64,000 bases of DNA from Candidatus Magasanikiibacteriota bacterium (GTDB lineage: Bacteria > Patescibacteriota > Patescibacteriia > Magasanikbacterales > GWA2-37-8): NCBI GenBank assembly GCA_023246655.1, contig JAHFHX010000005.1, positions 67-64,066 on the forward strand. The letters run 5' to 3'. Both the position numbers and the translations under genes were made by a program. The notes below the pieces were generated by a model. The model was not told the origin of the DNA, ran no database searches, and saw only the letters and a list, made by a program, of their open reading frames with translations. How positions within the stretch are numbered: position 1 is the first letter of the stretch; each line of letters begins with the position of its first letter. Of this stretch, positions 41,439-51,975 are shown one piece after another.

Positions 41439-42728
41439 ATGAACAGTAATAACGTAACCGTAGCCGGAAAAACAATCTTATTAATTCATGCTGGTTCAAT
41501 GCGTAAAAAATTTATTTTTGATCGACTAAAAGAATTAGGTATACAAATTGTTTGTTTAAATAAGGAAAGAACCACTTTGGCCGAGCCCTATGTGAGTCAC
41601 TGGATTACCGCCGATTTAAAAGATTACCAGGCGTGTCTTGACCAAGTGAAACAATTCATGAGCGATAATCCGACGGTTAAAATTGACGGAGCGTTGACAT
41701 TTTGGGATGAATGCATCTTGCTCACTTCCAAAATTGTTGACGCATTTGGTTGGGTTGGTATTCCTTTTGCGGTATCAGATCGAATCAAGAATAAATATGT
41801 TTTTAGAGACGCTTGCCAAACCGAAGGAATCTCGGCACCGTGCCATGTACTTATTCATCAAGAAACGGACTTAGACCAGGTTGATAAAAAACTAGAATAT
41901 CCGCTCGTGATTAAACCAATTTACGGTGCCTGTAGTGCCTTTGTGGTACGGGTAGAAAACCAGGCAGAACTTCAAGCAGCCTACGCCACAATCAAAAAAA
42001 ATATTAATAATTTTTGGTTAGCGCCAGAATGGAAGAATCTCGAAGTACAAGCAGAAGAATACATTGACGGTCAAGAAGTGGATATTGATATTCTGTTGCA
42101 AGATGGGCAGTGTACATATATCGCCATTATTGATAATAAGGAGACCAATGAGCCTTATTTTGTGGAGACTGGTTGGTCCTCACCTTCGCGATTATCCGCT
42201 CCGGAGCAGCGCGCTTTAGAAGCAATGGCTCTATCCACGCTTGATAAACTTGGGGTTAAAAATGGTTGCGTCCACTTTGAAGCTAAAATTGGTTCTCAGG
42301 GAGCGGTTCCTATTGAAGTCAACTTACGTATGGGCGGTGGCGAGGTTTATATTTACTCAAAGCTCGTATGGGGAGTTGATTTAGTAGAAGGTGCCGCCAC
42401 GATTGCCCTGGGTTTACCGTTGCACGTTGCTAAAGCCGCCTCTCCGCATTATCACCTCTTGTCGCATCGTTTTTTGTCTGGTGATACCTGCCAGGTAACT
42501 AAAATCAACGTTCATAAAGACCTCTACACTCAAGACTATTTTGTGGATCTATATTTTGAAAAACAGGCCGGCGATATATTTTTAGCTCCTCCAGAAGGTT
42601 ATGATCGCAGCATCGGTGTTATCACTGTAAAGGGTCAGAGCCACCAAGAAACAGCCAATAATTTAGCCAAGGCGCTTAAGTATATTGATTATACTCTGAA
42701 AAAAATGGAAACCAAACAGCAGGATTAA
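41439..42728 (+). CDS. ATP-grasp enzyme (L-amino-acid ligase/carnosine-synthase-like)
   Basis: YPLVIKP..GACSAFV, EEYIDGQEV, HFEAK, IEVNLRMGG. Confidence 0.88.
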   Translation: MNSNNVTVAGKTILLIHAGSMRKKFIFDRLKELGIQIVCLNKERTTLAEPYVSHWITADLKDYQACLDQVKQFMSDNPTVKIDGALTFWDECILLTSKIVDAFGWVGIPFAVSDRIKNKYVFRDACQTEGISAPCHVLIHQETDLDQVDKKLEYPLVIKPIYGACSAFVVRVENQAELQAAYATIKKNINNFWLAPEWKNLEVQAEEYIDGQEVDIDILLQDGQCTYIAIIDNKETNEPYFVETGWSSPSRLSAPEQRALEAMALSTLDKLGVKNGCVHFEAKIGSQGAVPIEVNLRMGGGEVYIYSKLVWGVDLVEGAATIALGLPLHVAKAASPHYHLLSHRFLSGDTCQVTKINVHKDLYTQDYFVDLYFEKQAGDIFLAPPEGYDRSIGVITVKGQSHQETANNLAKALKYIDYTLKKMETKQQD

Positions 42729-42752
42729 ATCTCTATTTCTGTCATTTAAACT

Positions 42753-44132
42753 ATGTTGCAAAACAAAGAAAAAATTTTATTCGTGCAAAGTAAACTCATT
42801 ACCAATGGTATACAGATTACGGTAAAGGGGAAGCGCTTTGCGATTCAATATCCACTACCCATTTGGCGGAAGACTCCACCAGCGATTCGACAAATTTTAT
42901 TAGAGCATTTAACGTTTGGAAATACCCATTTTTTACCAGTCACCTTAGGTTACGATCGAATTCGCTACAATACCGCACTCCCGCTTTTTGAGCCATTACT
43001 TTTTCGAAATCAAGCAATCTCTATTGTTAAGGCTGAGAAGTATGATAAAGTACCACCCCTAACATATTTGCGAAAATTTTTTAATTTGCAGTTTGATTTT
43101 GCGCCAAGAGCCGGGACAGTAGTAGGTGAAGATGCCCGGAAAAAATTTTCCAAAACTCCAGTAACGGCTATCATCCCATTTACCTTCGGCAAAGAGAGTC
43201 TTGCCACCTTTGCCTTATGTCGCGAGGTGGGTATTAAACCGGTATTAGTTTATTCCCAAGAACCATCCTCACCATACGAGGAAGCTTACAAAAAGAAACA
43301 ATTAATTAATTTTAGCAAAGAATTTAATGTTGATACGTATTTTGTTAAAAATGAACCTGGATTATTTCGCTATGATGTTGCTTTTAAACAGAAGCCAGGT
43401 ACGGAGGTAGGGTGGGGGCTTCAGACAACGTTACTTTCTTGGCAGGTATTGCCTTTTGTTTTTGCCTATCAAGCACAATATATTTTTTTTGGTAGTGAAT
43501 ATTCAAACAATGAATATGAGATCAATGAAGCTGGGTGGCGTGTGCAGTTATCATATGATCAGACCAGTTTTTTTACTATGGAGCAAGATAATGCTATTCG
43601 TGTGTTGACGCATGATAACTGTCGCGTGCGGACCAGCTTAGAACCTATGGAGGAAACTGCTATTCTATTTATGTTGCATCGACGCTATCCAGAGATTGGT
43701 AAATATCAATTCTCGTGTACCGGAGAAAAATCATTGTACCCTGGCTCGCAGTGGTGCCACCAGTGTTATAAATGCTGGCGGATGTTTTTAATTGCTTGTT
43801 GTGTTGGAGTTGATCCATATTCCTTTGGGTTTAAAAAAGATCTCTTAAATACACCGGGCATCTTTACTAATTATTTTGGCGAGGAGATTAAAAGTGGTTC
43901 TCAAGATGAACTCGATTTCTGTTTCTATGTTCTGCATAAAAAGAATTGGCCATCTCCATATGTTACCAAATTCCGCCGCCACCGGCTCTCACACCTTAAG
44001 CCCTGGGGTTTCTACCGCAAAAATTTTACTTCGCTCCAACCTCATCTTAATCTTCCCGCACCCTATCGCGAAAAGTTTTTAGCTATCTTTGCACAGGAAT
44101 TACGCCAGCTCAAAAAAGTCCTGCCACGGTAG
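42753..44132 (+). CDS. MurL-like adenine-nucleotide alpha-hydrolase (putative peptide epimerase)
   Basis: PP-loop-like TFGKES; FSC...WCHQCYKC Cys cluster as in the MurL family. Confidence 0.55.
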   Translation: MLQNKEKILFVQSKLITNGIQITVKGKRFAIQYPLPIWRKTPPAIRQILLEHLTFGNTHFLPVTLGYDRIRYNTALPLFEPLLFRNQAISIVKAEKYDKVPPLTYLRKFFNLQFDFAPRAGTVVGEDARKKFSKTPVTAIIPFTFGKESLATFALCREVGIKPVLVYSQEPSSPYEEAYKKKQLINFSKEFNVDTYFVKNEPGLFRYDVAFKQKPGTEVGWGLQTTLLSWQVLPFVFAYQAQYIFFGSEYSNNEYEINEAGWRVQLSYDQTSFFTMEQDNAIRVLTHDNCRVRTSLEPMEETAILFMLHRRYPEIGKYQFSCTGEKSLYPGSQWCHQCYKCWRMFLIACCVGVDPYSFGFKKDLLNTPGIFTNYFGEEIKSGSQDELDFCFYVLHKKNWPSPYVTKFRRHRLSHLKPWGFYRKNFTSLQPHLNLPAPYREKFLAIFAQELRQLKKVLPR

Positions 44133-44221
44133 TATAAAGGGTTGACAATATCTTTGTTTTATTTTACAGTTATCTATAGTGGGGAACCATACCACCTTTT
44201 TTTCTATATCTCATAATCAGT

Positions 44222-45187
44222 ATGATAACTGTCAAGCAAGTTTTTGATCTCAGCCTCAAAATGGGGATGGCCGCTGATCCACGTGGTCTGCAAGCGATAA
44301 AAAAACACTTCAATCGGGTTAAACATCAGTATAATGATCTTCCTGCCGCCGAGAAGGAATACTTTGACATCAATCGCCTCACAAACCCTTACCTCGATAG
44401 CTCAGTACTTATCGATGACGGTACAACCAAAGTTAAACGGGTGTTAGCCGGCATCGATATTGGTGCTGGAGAAATTTTACTCGCGAGCCAACTCAATGAG
44501 CGTGGCAAGAAAATCGATGTCGTTATTGGTCATCACCCGCTTGGTAAAAATTTGGCTTATTTAGATGAAGCTATGGAACTGCAAGCTGAAGTGCACGAGA
44601 GTCATGGTGTGCCTATTCATCTAGCAGAGAAAATTTTGGAAGAACGTGTCAACGAAGTGGGTCGGGGTATTCACCCTATGAATCATTATCAAGTGGTTAA
44701 TATTGCTGAATTACTCCATATTAATTTAATGAATACACACACCACGACGGATAATTTGGTTGATCAATTCATGTATAACTTTTTGAAGAAAAGAGCTCCC
44801 GAGACCGTGGGAGATTTAATGAAAGCGCTCATGGAAATTCCTGAATATCAGCAGGCTAAGCGACTTGGGACTGGTCCTAAAATTTTTGCTGGCAATCCCA
44901 AACACCGCATTGGCAAATTTTTACTCGAGATGACCGGTGGCACTAACCCCTCGAGTAAAGTGTATGAGCAATACTCCCGCGCTGGTATCAGTACTATTGT
45001 TGGAATGCATATCCGGGAACAATCTATGGAAGCCGTTAACACGCACCAGCTTAATGTTATTATTGCCGGTCACATTTCATCCGATTCGCTTGGCATGAAT
45101 TTGTTTCTTGATGAACTTGAAAAGCGCGGCATCGAAGTTGTGCCCTGTGGTGGGTTGATAAGGGTGAGTCGGGTTAAAAAGAAGTAA
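44222..45187 (+). CDS. NIF3-like dinuclear metal-centre protein
   Basis: GHHP, HTTTDN, GMHI, AGHISSDSLGMN. Confidence 0.82.
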   Translation: MITVKQVFDLSLKMGMAADPRGLQAIKKHFNRVKHQYNDLPAAEKEYFDINRLTNPYLDSSVLIDDGTTKVKRVLAGIDIGAGEILLASQLNERGKKIDVVIGHHPLGKNLAYLDEAMELQAEVHESHGVPIHLAEKILEERVNEVGRGIHPMNHYQVVNIAELLHINLMNTHTTTDNLVDQFMYNFLKKRAPETVGDLMKALMEIPEYQQAKRLGTGPKIFAGNPKHRIGKFLLEMTGGTNPSSKVYEQYSRAGISTIVGMHIREQSMEAVNTHQLNVIIAGHISSDSLGMNLFLDELEKRGIEVVPCGGLIRVSRVKKK

Positions 45188-45251
45188 TTCTCATAACGCG
45201 TAACGTGGAACTTGGAGCGTTACGCGTTTTACGTTATGCGTTACACGAAAT

Positions 45252-45833
45252 ATGATCTCTCTCCTCCAAGGTAAAATTATCTCAAACGCCAACGGTGAGA
45301 TCACGCTCATGACCACGGGTGGTGTTGGGTACCGCGTAAAAGTAAGCCCTAACGCTAGCCTCAATTGCATTGTGGGCACAGAGGTTACCCTCGACACGTA
45401 TTTGGTAGTTCGCGAAGACGTCCTCGAACTTTCTGGTTTTGCCAACATCGCGGAGAAAGAGTTGTTTAAACAATTTATTACCGTGACTGGCGTTGGCCCT
45501 AAGACCGCTCTCCATTTGCTTTCACTGGGCACCGTAGAAGAAATTACTATTGCCATCGGCCGTGGAGACATTGATTACCTCACCAAGGTGAGCGGCATTG
45601 GCAAAAAAACCGCCGAGCGGATTGTGGTTGAACTCAAAAGCAAACTCAAAGAACATTTGGAAGAGAGCGGTACAACGTTTACCCCGGGTAGCGACACTCT
45701 CGGCGATGTTATTGATGCTTTGGTAACGCTTGGTTACTCTGTTTTACAAGCGCGAGAAACGGCTAAAAAACTTGATCCAGCCGGGAAGACGAGTGAGCAG
45801 TTGTTGCGAGAAGCGCTAAGGGTGATAAAGTAA
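45252..45833 (+). CDS. ruvA: Holliday junction branch migration protein RuvA
   Basis: GVGYRV, VREDVLELSGF, GVGPKTA, GIGKKTAERI. Confidence 0.97.
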   Translation: MISLLQGKIISNANGEITLMTTGGVGYRVKVSPNASLNCIVGTEVTLDTYLVVREDVLELSGFANIAEKELFKQFITVTGVGPKTALHLLSLGTVEEITIAIGRGDIDYLTKVSGIGKKTAERIVVELKSKLKEHLEESGTTFTPGSDTLGDVIDALVTLGYSVLQARETAKKLDPAGKTSEQLLREALRVIK

Positions 45834-45842
45834 ACTTTCAAC

Positions 45843-45942
45843 TGTCATTCCGAGCGAGGCGTTGCAGCCGACGAGGGATCTCTGGCTCAATCAACATTGG
45901 GTGGTCAAGTGAGCCAGAGATCCCTCCTGCGGTCGGGATGAC
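45843..45942. repeat. TGTCAT..ATGACA palindromic (REP-like) element between convergent ruvA and pyrF
   Basis: tgtcattccgagcgagg..gagggatctctggctca...tgagccagagatccctc..cgggatgaca. Confidence 0.88.
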
Positions 45943-45952
45943 AATTGGAGTG

Positions 45953-46726
45953 CTAGGATTTTGACATTCTCGCCTGATAGGCGAGCCACCCCGCCTCCCG
46001 ATATTTCTTCGCCTCCGCCGCCATATCGGCAGATTCATAAATTCCTCGTCCGACAATAATAATGTCGGATTTTTGTTTACCGATGACGTTTTCAGGTGTG
46101 TTATATTGTTGGCCTAAATTATCTCCACCAACAGCCAGCTGTACGCCCGGGGTCATGTTGATGAAACAGGGCTCGTCAATGAGTTGGCGGGTGGTGATAA
46201 AGCCGATTACAAAATCTTTGTTATCTTGGGCCATTTTGAGGGATTCTTCAGTGTACGCTCCTTTCGCTAGGTTGCCTTTTGGTGTCATTTCCGCAAGAAG
46301 GAGTAACGCGCGCCCTTTGGAAAGTCCTATTTCCTTGAGCCCTTGAATAATTCCCGGCCCCGGCACGGTATGGCAATTCACAATGTCGGCCCAATCCGCA
46401 ATGTGGTAGATGCCGTCTTGATATTGATGTTTCACCGTGTTACCAATGTCGGCAAATTTGCGGTCTTCGAATAATAAGAAATTGTGTTTTTCAGCGAGTC
46501 GTTGTAATTGTATCACTAAGTCAGTATCAAAATCTTCTACGATATCAATGTGTGTCTTGAGAAGACATATTTCCGGACCAACGGTATTGGCAATTTTTAA
46601 AAGTTCAGCTTTTGTTATCACATCAGCAGCGATAGAGAGATTTGTCTGTTTATCATCCATGAGATCGAGCAGTTTTTTGGCAGTTGGATTGGTACAAAGT
46701 TTGGCGCGTTCTGAGTAGGAGGGCAT
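45953..46726 (-). CDS. pyrF: Orotidine-5'-phosphate decarboxylase
   Basis: [29 protein letters not shown]. Confidence 0.97.
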   Translation of the reverse strand: MPSYSERAKLCTNPTAKKLLDLMDDKQTNLSIAADVITKAELLKIANTVGPEICLLKTHIDIVEDFDTDLVIQLQRLAEKHNFLLFEDRKFADIGNTVKHQYQDGIYHIADWADIVNCHTVPGPGIIQGLKEIGLSKGRALLLLAEMTPKGNLAKGAYTEESLKMAQDNKDFVIGFITTRQLIDEPCFINMTPGVQLAVGGDNLGQQYNTPENVIGKQKSDIIIVGRGIYESADMAAEAKKYREAGWLAYQARMSKS

Positions 46727-46729
46727 AAG

Positions 46730-47473
46730 TTATGATTTAAACAATTTCATAGTTAGTATTTGTGGCAGTCGCATCGCAGTTTCAAATTTTTTTCTATCCA
46801 CTTTTTTCGCTGCTGGCAACGGGCGTGGCTCAATAATATTCTGGATAAGAAATCCAGCTTTAGCCGTGGCTTGAGTGTAATCTTGCAGAGGGCGAGTAAA
46901 TTTTGGTACTACCATGCCACCACCAAAATTTGCTTGACGCACACTTTGCTTAAAATAATCCTCCAGTATCCAAATTTCTTTGCCATCTTTTTCAATCTTG
47001 GTAATCTGCGCTCGAGTGGGGTGAGAGATTGATATTATGCAAAAACCACCGTGTTGTAATACGCGATAAAATTCTTGGAAAACTTTGTTAATGTTTTGAA
47101 TATTCTCAATAACATACATGCATACAATTCCATCAAATGTCGTAGGGCGGAAGGGGAGCTTGCTGATACTCCCGTTGAGATAGTGTACGCCTAGTTTTGT
47201 TGGAGTTTCGTTACTGGCAATTTCTAGCATTTTTTTACTGACATCAATACCGGTTACTTGAGCACCCTTTTTTGCTAGCGCTTGAGCGTAAATACCAGAT
47301 CCACACCCTGCGTCGAGCACGCGCAAACCTCGCAACTGTTTGGGTAACAAAGAGAACGCCGCCGGCATATCAATGTATTCATTATGTACTCGGCCACCGG
47401 CGTTGTTTCGAGAATCGTGGTACTGTTGGCCGAAAGTATTATAGACTCCAGTAACTTTTTTAGTCATGTTCAT
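46730..47473 (-). CDS. Class I SAM-dependent methyltransferase
   Basis: VLDAGCGSG, GIDVS..ML, RVL..GG. Confidence 0.9.
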   Translation of the reverse strand: MNMTKKVTGVYNTFGQQYHDSRNNAGGRVHNEYIDMPAAFSLLPKQLRGLRVLDAGCGSGIYAQALAKKGAQVTGIDVSKKMLEIASNETPTKLGVHYLNGSISKLPFRPTTFDGIVCMYVIENIQNINKVFQEFYRVLQHGGFCIISISHPTRAQITKIEKDGKEIWILEDYFKQSVRQANFGGGMVVPKFTRPLQDYTQATAKAGFLIQNIIEPRPLPAAKKVDRKKFETAMRLPQILTMKLFKS

Positions 47474-47474
47474 A

Positions 47475-48125
47475 TTAAGTTGTTGTTGAAATAGTACTCC
47501 ACCAATTTTCCGGATCAGCGCTCCACGAGAGCGCTTGTTTTTTCTCCGTTGGTTTCAAATAGTTTTCCGTGGTCGCAACATCAATAAGTGTAGAAAAATT
47601 ACTCAGTGTATCAAGCATAATATTGGCCGCGGTAAAAGCCTGTTTAGCTTGGTTCATTTGATAATTAAAAATAGCAATCACGTTAGTCACGGTTGCGTTA
47701 TGTTCGCGTTGGCAGGCGGCAGCGGATTTTAATGAGCTCCCACCCGAAGAAATTAAATCCTCTACTATTAAAACTTTGGAACCAGGTTTCATAAAGCCCT
47801 CCACTTGTTTGCCTTTGCCGTGGGCTTTTGGTTCTGGACGAATATAGACCATTGGCTTATTTAATTCATAAGCCAAAAATGATGCCCAGGGGACTGCCGC
47901 CATGGCCGTGCCGCCAATAATATCAAATTGAATACCGCGCTCCTCGACGAGTTTTTTAAAGGCCATAATGACTTTTTTTCGTTCCTCGGGGAATGAAATT
48001 ATCAGTCGGTTATCACAGTAGATTGGCGCTTTCATCCCCGAAGCCCATGTGTATGGGGGGTTGGTACTGACGGTCACCGCTTTTATTTTTAACAAAATTT
48101 TAGCAATTTCTTCGGCTGTAGTCAT
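47475..48125 (-). CDS. pyrE: Orotate phosphoribosyltransferase
   Basis: WASG..APIYCDNR, VEDLISSGGS. Confidence 0.96.
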   Translation of the reverse strand: MTTAEEIAKILLKIKAVTVSTNPPYTWASGMKAPIYCDNRLIISFPEERKKVIMAFKKLVEERGIQFDIIGGTAMAAVPWASFLAYELNKPMVYIRPEPKAHGKGKQVEGFMKPGSKVLIVEDLISSGGSSLKSAAACQREHNATVTNVIAIFNYQMNQAKQAFTAANIMLDTLSNFSTLIDVATTENYLKPTEKKQALSWSADPENWWSTISTTT

Positions 48126-48175
48126 ATTATTTCACGAAATCATGCCGCGCAACGACAGTTGAAGTGCGGCTTTTA

Positions 48176-49042
48176 TTAATAATAAATTTTTGCCCCGCTT
48201 TTATCACGATGATATTTGCCAAACTCAGTAAGTTGGTTAGCAACTGCTTTTGATACCACCGGCCCTTCCATGCACATGCGGATACCAAGCGGGTCAACGC
48301 AACACTGCCCGCAGATGCCGATGCCGCATTTCATAAAGCGTTCAATGCTAATTTCGCATTCGAGATTACGCAGATTACAAAATTCTAAGACTTTAAATTC
48401 CATCAACTCAGGACCACATGTTACAAATAGTAGCTTTTTTGGCATTGTCTGATTACGCAGATACGAGTCGGCAAGTTCAGACAATAAATCCGTCACATAA
48501 CCTTTGTGTCCCGCGCTACCATCATCAGTTGCCAGGTGGAGAGTTACGTTCGGTAATTTTTTTACCCTTTCTTCAAATAATAAATTGTCTTTATCACGTG
48601 CGCCGACGCAAAAGTCGATTGTGACGTTGTTGTCGTGAGCCAGAGATCCCTCGTCGGCCGCGAGGCCTCGCTCGGGATGACAATTGGAGAGTTCTTCTGC
48701 CAAAAAACCCAGTGGTGCTGCGCCGTATCCGCCCGCGACCATTATGTAGTGGGTGTTTGGTTTTACAGAAAAAGCAGTGCCATAGGGGCCGGTAATGCCT
48801 ACTCGGTCACCAATCTTCATTTCAAACAAAGCTTTGGTAAGAGGGCCGCGGTTGAAAATAGTTAAGCCAAATTGTGCGCCACTATCATAACCAATTGAAA
48901 ACGGTTTTTGGTCGAGTCCGGGTACCCAGAGCATGACGAATTGGCCGGGTTTGCTTTTGAGAGAAAAATTAAAATAAAAAGTTTTGACCTGTTCAGTTTC
49001 GTTGACGATTTTTGTGATCGGTAGAAAAATTGGTTGGTCCAT
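48176..49042 (-). CDS. pyrK: Dihydroorotate dehydrogenase electron transfer subunit
   Basis: PGQFVMLW, GPYG, GGYGAAPL, CGPE, MKCGIGICGQC; start ATG 49042; in-frame insert 48636-48682. Confidence 0.93.
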   Translation of the reverse strand: MDQPIFLPITKIVNETEQVKTFYFNFSLKSKPGQFVMLWVPGLDQKPFSIGYDSGAQFGLTIFNRGPLTKALFEMKIGDRVGITGPYGTAFSVKPNTHYIMVAGGYGAAPLGFLAEELSNCHPERGLAADEGSLAHDNNVTIDFCVGARDKDNLLFEERVKKLPNVTLHLATDDGSAGHKGYVTDLLSELADSYLRNQTMPKKLLFVTCGPELMEFKVLEFCNLRNLECEISIERFMKCGIGICGQCCVDPLGIRMCMEGPVVSKAVANQLTEFGKYHRDKSGAKIYY

Positions 49043-49051
49043 ATTTGCAAG

Positions 49052-49148
49052 TGTCATTGCGAGGAGTGAGGAACGAACGACGCGGCAATCTCCCTGCTTA
49101 AGACATACGTAAATCGGGGAGATTGCTTCGCTTCGCTCGCAATGACAG
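49052..49148. repeat. TGTCATTGCGAG..CTCGCAATGACA palindromic element between pyrD and pyrK
   Basis: Terminal inverted repeats with internal gcaatctccc..gggagattgc. Confidence 0.88.
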
Positions 49149-50054
49149 TTAGTGTGCGGCACCTCGAATCTCATCGAGCGATTTAATCCCTTCCTCTTTC
49201 ATAATTCGTTCCATTTCGTCAGTCATGGTTTTGAACACCTCAACACCGCCATAATAAATGGCTGATCCAACTCCGATGAGCGTTGCGCCAGCCATAATCA
49301 TCGCTAGGGCATCTTCACCGGTCGTCACGCCTCCGGTGCCAATGATGGGGATTTTGACGGCCTGGAAAATGTCGTAGACGCATTTGAGGGCAATGGGAAA
49401 GAGCGCCGGGCCAGAAATACCTCCTTGTTTGTTGTGTAAAATTGGTCGACGGGCACGCACATCAATGGCCATGCCGCTGACGGTATTCACCGCCGTAATC
49501 GCGTCCGCGCCAGCCGTTTCTGCCGCTTTGGCAATGTCTACAATATTCCAGGCATTGGGGGATAGTTTCATGATCACTGGGACATTGGTCACGGCCTTTA
49601 CTTTTTTGGTAATCATCTCAATCGCCGGGATAGAATAAGCAAACGGGTCGCCAAATTCGCGGCTCACGTTGGGGCAGGAGACATCAATTTCTAAAAAATC
49701 AATCGGCGCGGCACAGATACGCTCCGACACCGCGGCAAATTCGTCTGGGGTTCCAGCGAACACGCTGCCAATAAGTGGTGCCTCACAAACCGTTTTAAAT
49801 AGTTTTAATTCTTCAACCCCAGCCTCAACTCCCGGGTTGGAAAGACCAACCGCGTTAATATAATAATTTGTCGTACCCATTTGCGTAGGGTTGGGGTGCC
49901 CAGTGCGTGGTGTCAGTGAAAGCGATTTCACCGTCACGCCACCCGCTCCATTCTCAATCACATTTTTCATGCTCGCGGCCGTAACGCCCATGATGCCGGA
50001 GGCGAGGACGAGCGGGTTCTCGAAGGATTTATTAAGGAAGGTGGTTGTGAGCAT
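49149..50054 (-). CDS. pyrD: Dihydroorotate dehydrogenase family 1B catalytic subunit
   Basis: NPLVLASG, NAVGLSNPG, SCPN, KLSPN, GGISG; start ATG 50054. Confidence 0.96.
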   Translation of the reverse strand: MLTTTFLNKSFENPLVLASGIMGVTAASMKNVIENGAGGVTVKSLSLTPRTGHPNPTQMGTTNYYINAVGLSNPGVEAGVEELKLFKTVCEAPLIGSVFAGTPDEFAAVSERICAAPIDFLEIDVSCPNVSREFGDPFAYSIPAIEMITKKVKAVTNVPVIMKLSPNAWNIVDIAKAAETAGADAITAVNTVSGMAIDVRARRPILHNKQGGISGPALFPIALKCVYDIFQAVKIPIIGTGGVTTGEDALAMIMAGATLIGVGSAIYYGGVEVFKTMTDEMERIMKEEGIKSLDEIRGAAH

Positions 50055-50067
50055 ATAAACCGTTTTT

Positions 50068-50430
50068 CTATAGCTGTTTTGTTTGTTGTTTTTTGTGAAG
50101 CAATTCGCGCGCTTTGGAAGTAGAGATATGAAACCAGTAAGTAGAGTGGCACTCTGGGCACTCATGTACTTGGGCCAGACGATCTCCGTTTGAATTTTCT
50201 TGGCGAGGAGCTACAGCAAGCTGCACAGAAATAATTTTTCCCTTGTCGTGTTGACCATGCAGCAAGCAATTTTTTTTGGGGCAAGTAACACCTGGGCTGT
50301 AGGTTTCGCTGGTAGGAAAAACATTACCCCATATATATTTTTTTTGAGGTAGGGGGTCAGCTTCAATTAGGGTAGTTTGCCGGAACAATAATTCTGAATC
50401 AGAGCCCATATTATTTAGTATTCCGTTCAT
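50068..50430 (-). CDS. Hypothetical Zn-ribbon-like protein
   Basis: CPKKNC..H and ECPECH. Confidence 0.55.
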   Translation of the reverse strand: MNGILNNMGSDSELLFRQTTLIEADPLPQKKYIWGNVFPTSETYSPGVTCPKKNCLLHGQHDKGKIISVQLAVAPRQENSNGDRLAQVHECPECHSTYWFHISTSKARELLHKKQQTKQL

Positions 50431-50668
50431 TTATAAGTAAACGAATTTTATTTTTCTCTCCACGGTTATACCCACCCATCTTTCCATCACTCCTAATCAC
50501 TCGGTGGCAGGGGATTGCGGGATTATAATTTTTACTTAAAATAGTCCCAACTGCTCGGGAAGCGTTAGGCCGGCCGGCTAGCTTAGCGACTTGTTTGTAA
50601 GTCAACGTTTTGCCAGCAGGGATTTTTTTAACGATGGCGTGGACTTTTTCTTTGAAAGAAGTTTTCAT
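50411..50668 (-). CDS. MGMT-family methylated-DNA-protein-cysteine methyltransferase (C-terminal domain only)
   Basis: IPAGKTLTY..VA, RAVG, IPCHRV. Confidence 0.9.
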   Translation of the reverse strand: MKTSFKEKVHAIVKKIPAGKTLTYKQVAKLAGRPNASRAVGTILSKNYNPAIPCHRVIRSDGKMGGYNRGEKNKIRLLINERNTK

Positions 50669-50779
50669 AACGATCGAAAAAAATCCTAAGTACCTAATTT
50701 CTAATATCTAATATAATGCCCAATGCCAAATTTGACATTTTGATTTAGGAATTTTATTAGAAATTAGATATTAGATGAA

Positions 50780-51970
50780 TTAGAAATTATAAACCTTTCC
50801 ATTTAAAACAGTTGCGACCGGCCACCCTTTTAATTTCCACCCCGCAAAGGGCGACCAACCACATTTGGTTTTTAAATCCTCGTTTCTAACTTCTTTCTCT
50901 AAATTAAGATCTACTATAACCCAATCATTCGTTTCCGGCAACTCAAAAATTTTTTGTGCATTGCCACTCATCACAGCTACCAATTTTTCCAGTGATAATT
51001 TACCTTTATTGTATGCACTTAGGAGTAAGGGAAGCGAAGTCTCAATCCCCGGAACACCAGAAGGAGAATCCGGATAGGCTCGAGCTTTTTCTTCGAGCGT
51101 GTGCGGGGCGTGGTCGGTTCCAATGGTATCAATAGTACCATCCGCAATGCCCGCCCACAGAGCGCGCTGATCTTCCGGTGTGCGGAGCGGAGGGTTCATC
51201 TGCGCCTTGGAGCCAAGCACGGCGTAGGCTTCGCTATCTAAAAATAAATGATGCGGTGTGGTTTCGGCTGAGACGTTTACCCCTTTTGCCTTGGCCTCGC
51301 GGATTAAATCCACCTCCTCTTTTGTACTCGCGTGGAGAACATAGAGTTTAGTTTTATAAAATTCCGCCATCTCAATAGCCTGCGCCACGGCGCTAGCGGC
51401 GACCGACCGATCTCTAATTAATCCATGCACTTTGATACTATCATTATCTTTAAATTTTTCTTTTTGCATTTTTATTTTTATTTCGTCCTCCGCGTGCACC
51501 GCCACAACTAAATTCAATTCAGCCGCCAGTTTAAAAATTTGTTCTTGGTTAGATCTCTTATCCACGAGTAAATTACCGGTACTTGAACCCATGAACAGTT
51601 TAATTCCAATAATTTCATCTTTTACTTTCTTTATTTCCTCTAAATTATCCGGCGTTGCCCCAAAGTAAAAATAATAATGAAGAGGAATTTCAACTTCAGA
51701 GAGCTGTTCATCAATTATTTGTTTTTTGTTTCTTAGTGCTTCGGCAGTGGTGATAGCCGGTGTATTATTGGGCATATCAAAAACCGTTGTCACACCACCA
51801 TGGATAGCAGCTTGTGCGCCAGTTTTCCAATCTTCTTTATGCTCTCCGCCGGGGACACGAAAGTGGACGTGCGGGTCAATGAGGGCGGGGAGGGCGAGGA
51901 GGTTATTGAGGTTGAGGGAAGAGGGGAGATCAAGGTCAAGATTCTGATTGTTGTAGCTTTTGATCAGCAT
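50780..51970 (-). CDS. pyrC: Dihydroorotase
   Basis: DPHVHFRVPG, DMPN, HAED, NPPLR, TDHAPH. Confidence 0.95.
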   Translation of the reverse strand: MLIKSYNNQNLDLDLPSSLNLNNLLALPALIDPHVHFRVPGGEHKEDWKTGAQAAIHGGVTTVFDMPNNTPAITTAEALRNKKQIIDEQLSEVEIPLHYYFYFGATPDNLEEIKKVKDEIIGIKLFMGSSTGNLLVDKRSNQEQIFKLAAELNLVVAVHAEDEIKIKMQKEKFKDNDSIKVHGLIRDRSVAASAVAQAIEMAEFYKTKLYVLHASTKEEVDLIREAKAKGVNVSAETTPHHLFLDSEAYAVLGSKAQMNPPLRTPEDQRALWAGIADGTIDTIGTDHAPHTLEEKARAYPDSPSGVPGIETSLPLLLSAYNKGKLSLEKLVAVMSGNAQKIFELPETNDWVIVDLNLEKEVRNEDLKTKCGWSPFAGWKLKGWPVATVLNGKVYNF

Positions 51971-51975
51971 GTGTT

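Noticed and set aside
49043-49174. N-terminal extensions of PyrK, and similarly Sod (14239), TrmB (36433) and PyrD (50165)
   Set aside because: The extensions translate repeat DNA or overlap neighbouring genes; downstream ATGs match family N-termini.
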